Shown piece after piece: positions 49,422 through 59,636 of a stretch of 64,000 nt of DNA; the first letter of the stretch is position 1, and each line of letters starts with the position of its first letter. Source of the DNA: Candidatus Bathyarchaeota archaeon (GTDB lineage: Archaea; Thermoproteota; Bathyarchaeia; Bathyarchaeales; Bathycorpusculaceae); the NCBI GenBank assembly GCA_963831895.1, contig CAWHSD010000016.1, positions 62,638 to 126,637 of the forward strand, in the 5' to 3' direction. The translations under genes were made by a program, and so were the position numbers. The notes beneath the pieces were generated by a model. It searched no databases. It was not told the DNA's origin and was given only the letters and a program-made list of their open reading frames with translations.

Positions 49422-49453
49422 TCCTCACTTTTTATTTTTGTTAACCGAAATGT

Positions 49454-49855
49454 GTGAAAACAATGAATAAAATAGGTCACATAACCCTGCTCGTTAAAGA
49501 CCAGGATGAAGCACTAAAATTCTACACTCAAAAACTCGGATTTCAAAAACGCCAAGACATAGTCATCGCCAAAAATGTGAGGTGGGTTACTGTTTCGCCT
49601 AAAGGTCAAGAAGATCTTGAGTTGACGTTCGTTGTAGCTGACAGTGAAGAGAAGCGCAAAGCCGTGGGTAAGCAGGCGGGAGACCACGTTTTCCTCACAT
49701 TAGAATCAGATGATTGTAGAAAAGAGTACAAAGCATTGCTAGCAAAGGGCATAAAGTTCTTTGGCAAACCAGAAGTGCAATCCTGGGGTGTAGACGTGGT
49801 TTTCGAAGACCTTTATGGCAACCTCTTTGATTTAGTACAACGCTTCAAGCGTTAA
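49454..49855 (+). CDS. VOC/glyoxalase family protein
   Basis: V.DQDEALKFYTQKLGF, FEDLYGN. Confidence 0.9.
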   Translation: MKTMNKIGHITLLVKDQDEALKFYTQKLGFQKRQDIVIAKNVRWVTVSPKGQEDLELTFVVADSEEKRKAVGKQAGDHVFLTLESDDCRKEYKALLAKGIKFFGKPEVQSWGVDVVFEDLYGNLFDLVQRFKR

Positions 49856-49923
49856 TGATAGAAAATCTTTTACAGAACCACCCGCAACTAAGCGGTATTA
49901 CAGTCACGTTGAGGTAAATAGAA

Positions 49924-50946
49924 ATGCGGATGATTAAGTGGCAAAACGGAACCGTTATAACACCTGACCAAACTAAACTTCCCCTCCAAGAGGTAACTTT
50001 GGAAATTAAAACGGTGGATCAGATGGCTGAAGCCATAAAAACGCTGCGTGTTCGAGGGGCTCCGCTTCTCGGTGCAGCAGCTGGGTTCGGCATGGCATTG
50101 GCAGCTTACCACTCAAACGCAAAAACAAAAGAAAAATTGCTCATTGAATTAGAAACCGCTGGGATAATCATTAAACGCCAAAGACCTACAGCTATAAACC
50201 TGTTTTGGGGTGTAGACCGCGTTTTAAACAAGGCAAAAAGTGTTTCAGGCTCCGCTGAAGAAATTAAAACTGTAGTTATCCAGGAAGCGCAGAAAATCGC
50301 TGACGAAGATGCAGCCCAAAACCGCGCGATTGGCAAGAATGGCTCAGTCCTCATTGAAGATGGCGATACTATTTTGACTCACTGCAACGCAGGCGAATTG
50401 GCAACTGTCGAGTACGGAACTGCGTTGGGCGTTATTCGTGCAGCTTGGGAACAAGGCAAAAAAATTAAAGTCATCGCCGACGAAACTAGACCGCTTCTAC
50501 AAGGTGCAAGACTTACTACCTACGAGCTTAAACGTGATGGTATCCCAGTTACTTTGATTACGGATAACATGGCAGGCTACATTATGAGCAAAGGACTTGT
50601 GAACAAGGTTATTGTTGGAGCTGACCGCATTGTGCAGGATGCCGTGTTCAACAAGATAGGAACCTACAGCGTCGCAGTTCTGGCGTATGAACATAAAATT
50701 CCATTCTATGTCGCTGCACCCAAATCAACCTTCGATTTAACATGCAAAGCCGCCGACGTTGAAGTAGAAGAAAGAAAACCCGAAGAAGTCACCCACATAG
50801 GAGGCGTACAAATTGCTCCCAATGGTGTAAATGTCATGAATCCCTCTTTTGATCCAACACCTCTCAAGTACGTAACAGCCATCATAACCGAGAGCCGCGT
50901 TATCTACAACAAGAACTTTGGTGAATTCAGAAAGGGAAAAGTATAG
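49924..50946 (+). CDS. mtnA: S-methyl-5-thioribose-1-phosphate isomerase
   Basis: DQTKLP, VRGAP, RPTAINL, LTHCNAG.LAT..YGTA, ETRP.LQG, GADR, NKIGT. Confidence 0.9.
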   Translation: MRMIKWQNGTVITPDQTKLPLQEVTLEIKTVDQMAEAIKTLRVRGAPLLGAAAGFGMALAAYHSNAKTKEKLLIELETAGIIIKRQRPTAINLFWGVDRVLNKAKSVSGSAEEIKTVVIQEAQKIADEDAAQNRAIGKNGSVLIEDGDTILTHCNAGELATVEYGTALGVIRAAWEQGKKIKVIADETRPLLQGARLTTYELKRDGIPVTLITDNMAGYIMSKGLVNKVIVGADRIVQDAVFNKIGTYSVAVLAYEHKIPFYVAAPKSTFDLTCKAADVEVEERKPEEVTHIGGVQIAPNGVNVMNPSFDPTPLKYVTAIITESRVIYNKNFGEFRKGKV

Positions 50947-50976
50947 CTTCTAAGAGTGTAAAGTAGCGATCAATTA

Positions 50977-51540
50977 ATGAGTGAACCCAAAAAGCTTGTC
51001 CCAGTTGAATTTAGAACCAGTGGCGTACTCGCTGAGAAAGGAGTCGTTGTGACCGAGCAAAGTAACATCGACGCTCTCTCATCTCGGGGTTATGGTACGT
51101 TAGAAAATAAGGTTTTCACGTTGACATTTTATGAGTCTTTGTATCTTTTGGATAAAGGCATGCTTGAGGTCAAAGATCCAAAAGGTAAATCCGCGGATTT
51201 TCAGTGTCTTCTGCATTGTTACGAAGTCCAGAATGAAAACGCATGGGTAAATTATCTGGTTTATCGTGACCTACGAAGCCGCGGTTACGTGGTCAGAGAA
51301 GGATTTGGTGGTGGAATTATCTTTCGCATTTACGAACGAGGGACATACGGTAAAGACACCGCACCATACCTGGTGTTCAATACTCAAGAAGGAACACCAC
51401 TCCCTGTAAACGACCTTGCATCTGCTCTACAACAGTGTCAAAGCCAGAAGAAAGAATTGACTTTGGCAGTCATGAATAGGCGAGGAGAAATCGTTTACTA
51501 TTCTGTTTCGCAGTTAACCTTCAGCAAAATTGATGACTGA
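50977..51540 (+). CDS. endA: tRNA splicing endonuclease subunit, probably structural (non-catalytic)
   Basis: LTFYESLYL, YLVYRDLRSRGY, G.IVYY; catalytic Tyr/His not evident. Confidence 0.8.
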   Translation: MSEPKKLVPVEFRTSGVLAEKGVVVTEQSNIDALSSRGYGTLENKVFTLTFYESLYLLDKGMLEVKDPKGKSADFQCLLHCYEVQNENAWVNYLVYRDLRSRGYVVREGFGGGIIFRIYERGTYGKDTAPYLVFNTQEGTPLPVNDLASALQQCQSQKKELTLAVMNRRGEIVYYSVSQLTFSKIDD

Positions 51541-51934
51541 GGGCAACTCAACGGAATTGAAGAATTATACTTGGGGCATAAGATTATACCAATAATTCTC
51601 AAAACCCGAATCAATAGGTAAAAGAACTTAACCCTAAACTTAAATAAACAACTTCTGTCTTGACTTTTCACGAAAGAAGAAATTATATAAATAATTAGAA
51701 TTTATGAGAAGAAGAATATTCAAAAAATTGCTTTTCTTATTCTTCGTCAACCAATTTTTAGCTGTAATAAGCCGCAGACACGATTCATGGGCGTTGAATA
51801 GTTGCCTTGGGCGTGATAATAATTGTAAGCAAATGAGTTAATTATGGAGAAAAGTATATTCGAATATGTCTGCTGGCTTAGCGAGAGTTTAATAGAATAA
51901 TTGCACCTTTTAGCTTGTTTAGGAGCATAAGTAC

Positions 51935-53209
51935 ATGCCAGCTTTCCAACCTGTGCGCGGAATGAGAGACTTAATAGGCGAAGAAGCTCAAACCTTCACC
52001 CACATTATAACAAAAGCAAGAGAAACCGCCTTGTTATATGGCTACAAAGAAGTCATAACCCCCCATGTTGAGCCGCTTGAATTATTAAGTGCTAAGTCAG
52101 GTGAAGAAATTAGGCAACGTATGTTCATTTTCAAAGACCTTGGAGAACGTCTGGTTGCCTTGCGCCCAGAGTTTACGGCTTCAATCGCGCGTTTGACTAC
52201 GACCGCTCTTAAGAATGAGCCTAAACCGCTCCGATTATTTTCTGTTGGCACAGTTTACCGCTATGACGAACCTCAACGGGGGCGTTACAGGGAATTTTGG
52301 CAATCAAACTTTGAGTTAATGGGTTCTGCTAAACCCGAAGCTGATTCAGAAATTATTTTGTTAACGAATAATTTAATGACGTCATTGGGTTTGCATGGTT
52401 ACGCATTCAAAATTGGTCACATAGGCGTAATTCGTGGAATTCTTACCCAAGATGGCGTTGACGAGAAAACTCAAAATGCCGTTTTGCAACGTATGGACAA
52501 AAAAGAGTATGAGGCAGCACTCAAGCTTGTCGAATCCGGTAAATGCCGAAAAATGTTAGAAGGATTGCTTGAAATTAGGGGTAACGATTGGCTTGACATT
52601 GTTGAGCAACTCCAAAGTTACGTCGTCAACTATGAGAAGGCGAAGATAGCTGCAGGAAACCTCGCTGAAGTGCTCAAACTAGTAGCTGAAAGTTCAAACG
52701 TAAACATTACAGTTGAACCAGCCTTCGCCAGGGGACTAGAATACTACACAGGTATAATTTTTGAAATTTACATTCCAGGACTCGACATTGCATTAGGTGG
52801 TGGAGGACGATACGATCGACTCATTGAAGCCTTTGGAGGCGAATCTACCCCTGCGGTTGGTTGTGCCCATGGGATTGATAGAGTCGCTATTGCTTTGTTC
52901 ACCCAAAAAACGGTTGTTGCCACAAAAAAAGAGAAGAAAGTTGTAGTTCTGCCGATAACTGAAACGATGAAGTCAGAAGCATTAAAAATAGCTCAGCAGT
53001 TGCGTGCGGAAGGTTTAACGGTAGAGTTTGAGGTTATGGGCAGAAAAATGGCTAAAGCGCTCGAAGACGCAGATAAACGCAAAGCCGATTTCGCAGTTAT
53101 CGTTGGAGAAATAGAATTAAACGAAGGTGCCGTCGTGTTAAAGGATCTATCTAACAGACAACAGAGCATAGTACCAATCGATAAATTAGTTGAAAAAATC
53201 AAGAGCTAA
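51935..53209 (+). CDS. hisS: Histidine--tRNA ligase
   Basis: RGMRD, LRPEFT, RYDEPQRGRYREF.Q, RGLEYYTG, GGGRYD. Confidence 0.96.
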   Translation: MPAFQPVRGMRDLIGEEAQTFTHIITKARETALLYGYKEVITPHVEPLELLSAKSGEEIRQRMFIFKDLGERLVALRPEFTASIARLTTTALKNEPKPLRLFSVGTVYRYDEPQRGRYREFWQSNFELMGSAKPEADSEIILLTNNLMTSLGLHGYAFKIGHIGVIRGILTQDGVDEKTQNAVLQRMDKKEYEAALKLVESGKCRKMLEGLLEIRGNDWLDIVEQLQSYVVNYEKAKIAAGNLAEVLKLVAESSNVNITVEPAFARGLEYYTGIIFEIYIPGLDIALGGGGRYDRLIEAFGGESTPAVGCAHGIDRVAIALFTQKTVVATKKEKKVVVLPITETMKSEALKIAQQLRAEGLTVEFEVMGRKMAKALEDADKRKADFAVIVGEIELNEGAVVLKDLSNRQQSIVPIDKLVEKIKS

Positions 53210-53254
53210 AAAGAAAAATAAAAATTGTTAAGCCTCAAAAGAGGCTGATTTTAT

Positions 53255-54619
53255 TTAGAGTCGTTTGATGTAGCGGTTGACTTCCCACTCGGTAACTTGT
53301 GTTCGGTAAAGGTCCCATTCATTGCGTTTTTCTTTAAGGAAGTTCTCGAAGGCTGTCTGACCAAGGGTTTCGCGCATTAAGTCGCTGGTTTCAAATTCGT
53401 CAAGAGCTTCTTTTAATGATTCTGGCAACGAAACGATTCCGCGTGCTTTGCGTTCTTCATAAGTCATGTGGTAAACGTTTAGTTCAACTGGGTCGCCTGG
53501 GTCAATTTTGTTTTTGATTCCATCTAAGCCTGTTGCTAAGAGTACTGCGAATTGTAGGTATGGGTTTCCTGCGCCATCTGGGCATCGGATTTCGCATCTT
53601 GCTGCGCCTTTTCGTCCGCCGAAGTTGGGTACTCGAATTAGTGGTGAGCGGTTTTTGTGTGCCCATGCTAAGTAGACTGGTGCTTCGTAGCCTGGGACTA
53701 AGCGTTTGTAGCTGTTTGGCCATGAGTCAAGGACTGCAGCCATTTTTCGTCCATGGGCTAATTGTCCACCGATATAGTTTCTTGCAAGGTCAGAGAGGAA
53801 GCCATTCTTTGCATCATCTGCGTAGAACATGTTTTGTGTTGTGTCTTTGTTCCATAGACTTTGGTGAACATGCATGCCGCTTCCGTTGATGCCTTGAAAG
53901 GGTTTGGGCATGTATGTAGTTACGTAGCCTGCTCGTGCAGCGACAACTTTTCCGCACATTTTCATTGTTATTGCGCGGTCGGCTGTTTCAAGTGCTTCAC
54001 CATATTTGAAGTCAATTTCGTTTTGTCCTAATGCGACTTCGTGGTGGCTGAGTTCTATTTCTATGCCGAATGCTTCGGCTGTGTCAGCTATTTCGCGTCT
54101 AAGATCGTCAGTTAGGTCGCTTGGGTGGAAATCGAAGTATCCTGCTAAGTCGATTGGTGTTGGTAGACCGCCTGTTTCGCTTTCTTTAACTATGAAGAAT
54201 TCGAGTTCTGGGGCACATATGAAAGTGTAACCTGCTTTTGCAGCTTTTTCTACCGTTCGTTCAAGGACATACCTTGGATCTCCTTCGAAGCGTTTGTTTT
54301 GGGGAGTGTAAATGTCACAAAGTAATCTGCATGATGATTTTTCTTTTGGTCGCCATGGCAATATTGCAAAGGTTGTCGGATCTGGAAATAGAACCATGTC
54401 TGATTCTTCGATTGGTCTGTAACCAGTAATTGATGATCCGTCGAAGGATTGACCGTTTTCAAAGATAGTTTCCAGGTTTTTTGAGCTTACGGCTATGTTC
54501 TTTAACATGCCATTTATGTCGGTGAATTGTAGCCTAACGAATTTTATTTCTTGTTCTTGGATTGTTTTGATAACTTTGGATACAGCTTCTTTCCATGCGG
54601 GGTTTTTGAAATTTTTCAT
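53255..54619 (-). CDS. glnA: Glutamine synthetase type I
   Basis: FDGSSI, HHEVA.GQ.E, MPKP...NGSGMH.H, SYKRLVPGYEAP, E.R.PD..NPY. Confidence 0.96.
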   Translation of the reverse strand: MKNFKNPAWKEAVSKVIKTIQEQEIKFVRLQFTDINGMLKNIAVSSKNLETIFENGQSFDGSSITGYRPIEESDMVLFPDPTTFAILPWRPKEKSSCRLLCDIYTPQNKRFEGDPRYVLERTVEKAAKAGYTFICAPELEFFIVKESETGGLPTPIDLAGYFDFHPSDLTDDLRREIADTAEAFGIEIELSHHEVALGQNEIDFKYGEALETADRAITMKMCGKVVAARAGYVTTYMPKPFQGINGSGMHVHQSLWNKDTTQNMFYADDAKNGFLSDLARNYIGGQLAHGRKMAAVLDSWPNSYKRLVPGYEAPVYLAWAHKNRSPLIRVPNFGGRKGAARCEIRCPDGAGNPYLQFAVLLATGLDGIKNKIDPGDPVELNVYHMTYEERKARGIVSLPESLKEALDEFETSDLMRETLGQTAFENFLKEKRNEWDLYRTQVTEWEVNRYIKRL

Positions 54620-54654
54620 TTTCTCATTCTCCTAGTGAGGTTTTAGCTTTAGTC

Positions 54655-54669
54655 TCCATATGTTATGGA
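54655..54669. promoter_or_regulatory. Inverted repeat TCCATA-TGT-TATGGA upstream of glnA
   Basis: Lies between a TTATATA box (~54690, minus strand) and the glnA start. Confidence 0.4.
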
Positions 54670-54838
54670 AATCAGATTAAACGTAAACATATATAAGTTT
54701 ATCGCTTTAATAACATCGATAATTGTCCAATAACTTATCATTTTACTGAAATAATGTACGAAAGTTCCCTAATTCAGCGCATGGAAAGAAAGATGCAAAA
54801 ATGGTTCTTAACTAGTCAAATAACCAAGAATTTTGCAA

Positions 54839-55312
54839 TTATCGTTCCCTACGCAGAAAATCACCAATATCTAAGATGTTTTTCACCACAATTCTATTGT
54901 CATTTGAAGAATCGCGCAGTTTTTCAATAATTCTTCCAAAACCTAAACATTCGCCGAATTCGTTAAACACCAGAGTATTAGTATCCTTCTTGCCTGGACC
55001 CTGTATACGAACAATACTTTTCAGTAAAATGTCTCTGCCACAGATGAAAAGCCAAGCTGATTTCTTATCTAAGATTATTCTGTTAGCTTCTTTTTTGGCA
55101 AGCATACCCAGCAAGGTAAAACTTGGAAAGAACTTGCCCTCTTTTGCTTTCCCCAAAAAAACTCCAACAGAAAAGAAATCTGGTCGAACTAACGGTTTCA
55201 AAGTAGGGTTTACAAGATAATAGCGTCCGGCATTCTCAACCATTAAATCCAAATTTAATGCGATTTGCACTCCAAATTGTGAAGCAAAGTCCGTTATCGC
55301 CCAAGTGTTCAT
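54839..55312 (-). CDS. NIP7-like PUA-domain ribosome biogenesis protein
   Basis: G.FLG, AWLFICGRD, LGFG, DIGDFLRRE; coupled to the NOP2-like gene. Confidence 0.75.
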   Translation of the reverse strand: MNTWAITDFASQFGVQIALNLDLMVENAGRYYLVNPTLKPLVRPDFFSVGVFLGKAKEGKFFPSFTLLGMLAKKEANRIILDKKSAWLFICGRDILLKSIVRIQGPGKKDTNTLVFNEFGECLGFGRIIEKLRDSSNDNRIVVKNILDIGDFLRRER

Positions 55313-56199
55313 TGTTGAGGACTCCGAATTTTAAATTTACAAATAAAGAAGCCCTGAGTTTCACCAGGCCAGAGTCGCCTGCAACGTTTAATTGAGGGAT
55401 CCAGTTGTTTTCCGAAAATGTTGGTTAATCCTTTTTCTCCATTGCAATAGATTTCTTCAATTTGTAAGTTGAGATTTCTTATTGCCCAATCAACGTTCAA
55501 TTCATCCTCTTCAGGCTCAAGAGAGCATGTAGAATATACTATTTCACCATCATCGCCCAGGCAATGAACTGCTTCAGTTAGAATTTCCCGCTGCAAACCA
55601 GCATTGCGTTCTACATCTTTTAGTGTTCGATTTGCAAACCAGCTTTTATCTGCAGCAAAATTGCCTGAGCAAGGAGCATCTACCAAAATTCTATCAAACT
55701 TTATATCCAAAGTAGATGCTTGCCTTGCATCCAGCATGTAAACCACGGTGTTACTGACACGGCAACGTTCCAGATGGTTAACTAACGCATTCAACCGCCA
55801 CTTATCCACATCTAAAGCCACAATTCCTCCTAAGTTCTCCATTTGATCCGCTAAATGCACGGTCTTGCCCCCTGGCGCTGCAGCAACATCAAGAATTTTT
55901 TTACCTTTTAAGTGGCTGAATACAGAAACTGGAATTTGGGCAGCTGCTTCTTGAATTGAATACATTCCAAGTAGATATTCGGCCGTTGCTCCTGGGGAAA
56001 CTTTTGAATCTTGTACCCAATAACCTGAGTCGAGGAAAACAATTTTTTGTAGGTGAACTCCTAATTCTGCAAGTCTCCCGATGAGTTTTTTTCCTTTTGC
56101 GTTATTATTATTGACTCTAATTGCCTGCTTTAAAGTAACGTCTTGGAACTGCCATCCTAATTGCTCGTAACGATTGATAAAAAATTCTTTTCCCGACAT
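55309..56199 (-). CDS. RsmB/NOP2-family RNA m5C methyltransferase
   Basis: DVAAAPGGKT, DAPCSG, YSTCS. Confidence 0.92.
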   Translation of the reverse strand: MSGKEFFINRYEQLGWQFQDVTLKQAIRVNNNNAKGKKLIGRLAELGVHLQKIVFLDSGYWVQDSKVSPGATAEYLLGMYSIQEAAAQIPVSVFSHLKGKKILDVAAAPGGKTVHLADQMENLGGIVALDVDKWRLNALVNHLERCRVSNTVVYMLDARQASTLDIKFDRILVDAPCSGNFAADKSWFANRTLKDVERNAGLQREILTEAVHCLGDDGEIVYSTCSLEPEEDELNVDWAIRNLNLQIEEIYCNGEKGLTNIFGKQLDPSIKRCRRLWPGETQGFFICKFKIRSPQQ

Positions 56200-56311
56200 C
56201 AGCCTTAGATGGCTGAATCACTGATAAAAACATTTCAACTTACCAAAAGCATTCCATTCTCTCTTTCTTAAAAAACAAATTCGGTCAATGGGTTAATAGC
56301 TGACTTTTCTA

Positions 56312-56620
56312 TTATTCAATTATATTAAGCGGTTTTTTTGCTTTTTTATTTTCGTTTGCATTCATGACTTTGCTAATAACTAAACCAGCAACTAATATTG
56401 CTAATACGCCGAATATGCCTGCAAGTAATGTAGAAACATACTGATTTCCAATTGAAAAGAATGAATAATCAGCCATGAGTCCGTTCCAGATGTTTTGCTG
56501 CTCCTGCGCGCCATAAGTTTCTATTACTTTTTCTAGTCCATCTGGGTTGCTGGATGCGAACGGAATTAATATAATAAGAAAGGCCATTATCACAATTGTG
56601 GCTATGAGAAATTTTTTCAT
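56312..56620 (-). CDS. PDGLE-domain ECF accessory protein (NikN/CbiN-like)
   Basis: ASSNPDGLEKV, DY, 2 TM. Confidence 0.88.
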   Translation of the reverse strand: MKKFLIATIVIMAFLIILIPFASSNPDGLEKVIETYGAQEQQNIWNGLMADYSFFSIGNQYVSTLLAGIFGVLAILVAGLVISKVMNANENKKAKKPLNIIE

Positions 56621-57285
56621 ATTTTATCACTTCTCCCTTTTAGTAGTGATAGTCCTCCAAGGATTGTTGGATTTAAACGCTGGATAGACGTTATTAAAAC
56701 GGTTGTTATTGCACCTTCACCCACGCCTATTATACCTTGGAATAGCAGCATAGAAGGCAGTGTAACTGCTAAACCACCTGAGAATGCAGGAGCAATTTCA
56801 AAGCTTGTGACTATAGCCCCGAGCATAACTGAAATCCATGATGCGATAAAAACGCTTGAGATAAACCATTTTTGGCTATTGTTTTTTCTTGTCAATAGTT
56901 TGATTAAGAAATAACTTAACCCACCAATTATTGCCATGTTAAACATGTTCATACCGAATGCAACGATTCCTCCGTCTGCAAAAAATAGCGCTTGCATCCC
57001 CAAAACTAAGGTCATGCTTAAAATGGCTGCATATGGACCTAAAAGCACGGCAAGAAAAGTTCCTCCGACTAAATGTCCGCTTGAACCGAAGGCTATTGGG
57101 AAGTTTATCATCTGTGCAGCGAATATGAATGCGCTTGAAATTGCCAGCAGAGCTGTGATTGAGCGTGTGTATGTCTGTTGTGCTTTTTTCCAGGACCATA
57201 GAAGTATTACTATTGATAGAGCCCACATTATGATAGCTAAAACGATTGAAGTGTTGTTGAGGATTAATCCATCAGAGATATGCAT
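56617..57285 (-). CDS. CbiM/NikM ECF Ni/Co substrate-binding component
   Basis: MHISDG N-terminus, FAAQMINFP, SGH, ADGG. Confidence 0.92.
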   Translation of the reverse strand: MHISDGLILNNTSIVLAIIMWALSIVILLWSWKKAQQTYTRSITALLAISSAFIFAAQMINFPIAFGSSGHLVGGTFLAVLLGPYAAILSMTLVLGMQALFFADGGIVAFGMNMFNMAIIGGLSYFLIKLLTRKNNSQKWFISSVFIASWISVMLGAIVTSFEIAPAFSGGLAVTLPSMLLFQGIIGVGEGAITTVLITSIQRLNPTILGGLSLLKGRSDKI

Positions 57286-57297
57286 CTATCCACTTCC

Positions 57298-57327
57298 AGT
57301 AACACTTTTTGTTTCAATCGTGTTACT
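57298..57327. promoter_or_regulatory. NikR operator
   Basis: AGTAACAC-N14-GTGTTACT (= GTAACA-N16-TGTTAC) between divergent nikM and nikR. Confidence 0.8.
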
Positions 57328-57377
57328 TTTCATATAAAAGCTTTTAGGCACAATAAACAACTTTTATTTGAATCAAG

Positions 57378-57785
57378 ATGACAAAAATTGTTCGAGTAGG
57401 CGTGACGTTCCCACCTGAACTTCTCCAAGATTTCGACGAAATCACCTCTAAAATGGGCTACGAAAGCCGCAGTAAAGCTATTCAAGATGCTGTAAGACTT
57501 TTCGTTTCCGAACGCAAATGGGTTAAAGAAGAGGATGCCCAACAAACAGGCGTTTTGCTTATGGTTTACGACCATGACACCAAAGGATTAGAGAGCAACT
57601 TAACAGAAGAACAGCATCAACATACCGAATTAATTTCCTCAACAATGCACATACACCTTGGTGAACATGACTGCCTAGAAGTCATAGCTGTAAAAGGCAA
57701 AGGCTCAGAAATCAGGCATCTAAGCGATCATTTAGCCTCAAGAAGAGGAGTAAAAATACTCAAATCAATGATTGTTTCAGTTTAA
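57378..57785 (+). CDS. nikR: Nickel-responsive regulator
   Basis: RHH N-terminus (RVGVT..SRS.AI.DA), YDH, QH, H.HL..HDCLE. Confidence 0.93.
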   Translation: MTKIVRVGVTFPPELLQDFDEITSKMGYESRSKAIQDAVRLFVSERKWVKEEDAQQTGVLLMVYDHDTKGLESNLTEEQHQHTELISSTMHIHLGEHDCLEVIAVKGKGSEIRHLSDHLASRRGVKILKSMIVSV

Positions 57786-58693
57786 CATTTTACCTCAAAC
57801 ATTCGTTCCAAGGAGGCACGGGCTTTTTTTGCGACTGCTTCAGGGACTTTAACCACGTTCTTTTCTTCTTTAAGCGCAGTATAGAGTCGATCAAGTGTGG
57901 TTAGCTTCATGTTTGGACAAACCGCTCCTTCATAAGCAAGGTAAAAGTTTTTTTGAGGGTTTTCTTTGCGCAAGCGGTGCAAGATACCTTCTTCAGTGCC
58001 TACAATGAAATCTTTGGCTGTTGATTCTTTGGCATAACGACACATTTTTGAGGTGCTACCGATGAAATCTGCTACTTTACGCATCTCAGAGCTGGATTCA
58101 GGGTGAACTATCGCTATAGCGTCTGGATGCTTCATCTTTAGGACTTTAACATCTTCAGGTTGGAATAAGAGGTGGGTTGGACAGAAACCGTTTTCGGGAA
58201 TAGGAATTAGTTTTTTGCCTGTTTTTTCGCTGACGTATTCGGCTAGGTTCTTATCAGGACCAAAAAGTATTGTGTTGGCGTCAAGCGATTTTATCACTTC
58301 TACAGCATTTGCACTTGTACAGCAGACATCGCATTCCGCTTTACAGGACGCCAACGTATTAACGTACAATACTACAGGTGCGTTTGGGTATTGTTTTTTT
58401 GCACGTTTTATCTCATCCACTGTCAGCATTTGTGCCATTGGGCAACGTGCACCTAAAGAGGGCAAAAGCACTTTTTTTGCAGGGTTCAAAATTGCTGCCG
58501 ATTCAGCCATAAAATCCACAGCGCAAAATACGATCATTTCAGCTTCTTTTTCCTCAACTGCTTTACGGCTAAGCTCAATGCTGTCGCCTACATAGTCAGC
58601 AATTTCTTGGATTTCTGGTCGTTGATAATTATGAGCTAATATCAGAGCTTTCTTTTCTTTCTTAAGTTTTAGGATTTTATCCGATAAAGCCAT
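57782..58693 (-). CDS. nadA: Quinolinate synthase
   Basis: ILAHNYQ, GDS, FMAE, CPMA, YVN, CTSAN, CPTH, HPE, CPNMK. Confidence 0.95.
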   Translation of the reverse strand: MALSDKILKLKKEKKALILAHNYQRPEIQEIADYVGDSIELSRKAVEEKEAEMIVFCAVDFMAESAAILNPAKKVLLPSLGARCPMAQMLTVDEIKRAKKQYPNAPVVLYVNTLASCKAECDVCCTSANAVEVIKSLDANTILFGPDKNLAEYVSEKTGKKLIPIPENGFCPTHLLFQPEDVKVLKMKHPDAIAIVHPESSSEMRKVADFIGSTSKMCRYAKESTAKDFIVGTEEGILHRLRKENPQKNFYLAYEGAVCPNMKLTTLDRLYTALKEEKNVVKVPEAVAKKARASLERMFEVKC

Positions 58694-59093
58694 GTTTTCG
58701 CCTAGTTTGGGTTAAACGTGAAAAATAAGAAAGACAAGTTAGTAGATATAATCTTTTACCTTAATATTTTATCTTTGAACATACGCAATCAAATAATGCT
58801 TCCAAAAGTGTTGGTAAAACAAAGGGAATTTTGATGTTTAAGGTTAAATGCCCATTACCTTATATTTAGATTGGAACAATAGTAAATAACAGGTTAATTG
58901 GTTTGACTGTTGATGTAAGTAGAACAAAAAAGCCAAAGCTGCCTAAAAAACGGATATTAAAAAAGATTACCCGAAGATAAGTCTTCGTTTAATCTTCGAA
59001 GCAATCTTGTGAAAACTTAGCAATAAGGATGTTTAAAAACCTGTTTTTGTTATCAAACAAAAAAAGATAGATAAGAGATAGTTTTGGGTTAAC

Positions 59094-59636
59094 TTATTCT
59101 TTTGTTAAAGCCAAATACTTGAGGTGGAATGGCTTTATCACTATTCCGCCCTTCAAATCTGCGTTGAATGTTTGGCTTTCAACTACCCAATCAGACAATT
59201 CTGAATCAAGAGCCCTGATAAACCCTGCAAAGTTTTCAAAGTTTTCGTGGAGCGAAATGCAAACAGTATCCCAGCCCATGCCTCTACCGTCTAAAGCTAG
59301 AATCACGTTGTTTTGCTTCAAAAACCATTCTTTCATTTTCTTAAATGCCTGAGTTTTATCCTCGCCCGTCGTACTTTTTAGTTTACTTTTCAAAAATGTT
59401 ATCGCGGCAATTTCAAATCCGATTTGACCAAATTTAGGAATCACTGTGTAACCTTCGATAAAGTTTTCTTCAAGCATAGCCCGTCTTCGGGTCACTGTAG
59501 GCTGAGAAACACCCAAAGCTTTTGCAAGTTGCCTGTCGCTTCTATGTGAGTCCTTCATGAGCTCAAACAGAATCTTGTAATCTATTGGTTTCAAATCTTT
59601 CATTACAATCAACCTATCTGTATTTTTGTTACCCAA
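59094..59636 (-). CDS. Lrp/AsnC-family regulator
   Basis: ELMKDSHRSDRQLAKALGVSQPTVTRR HTH. Confidence 0.88.
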   Translation of the reverse strand: MGNKNTDRLIVMKDLKPIDYKILFELMKDSHRSDRQLAKALGVSQPTVTRRRAMLEENFIEGYTVIPKFGQIGFEIAAITFLKSKLKSTTGEDKTQAFKKMKEWFLKQNNVILALDGRGMGWDTVCISLHENFENFAGFIRALDSELSDWVVESQTFNADLKGGIVIKPFHLKYLALTKE

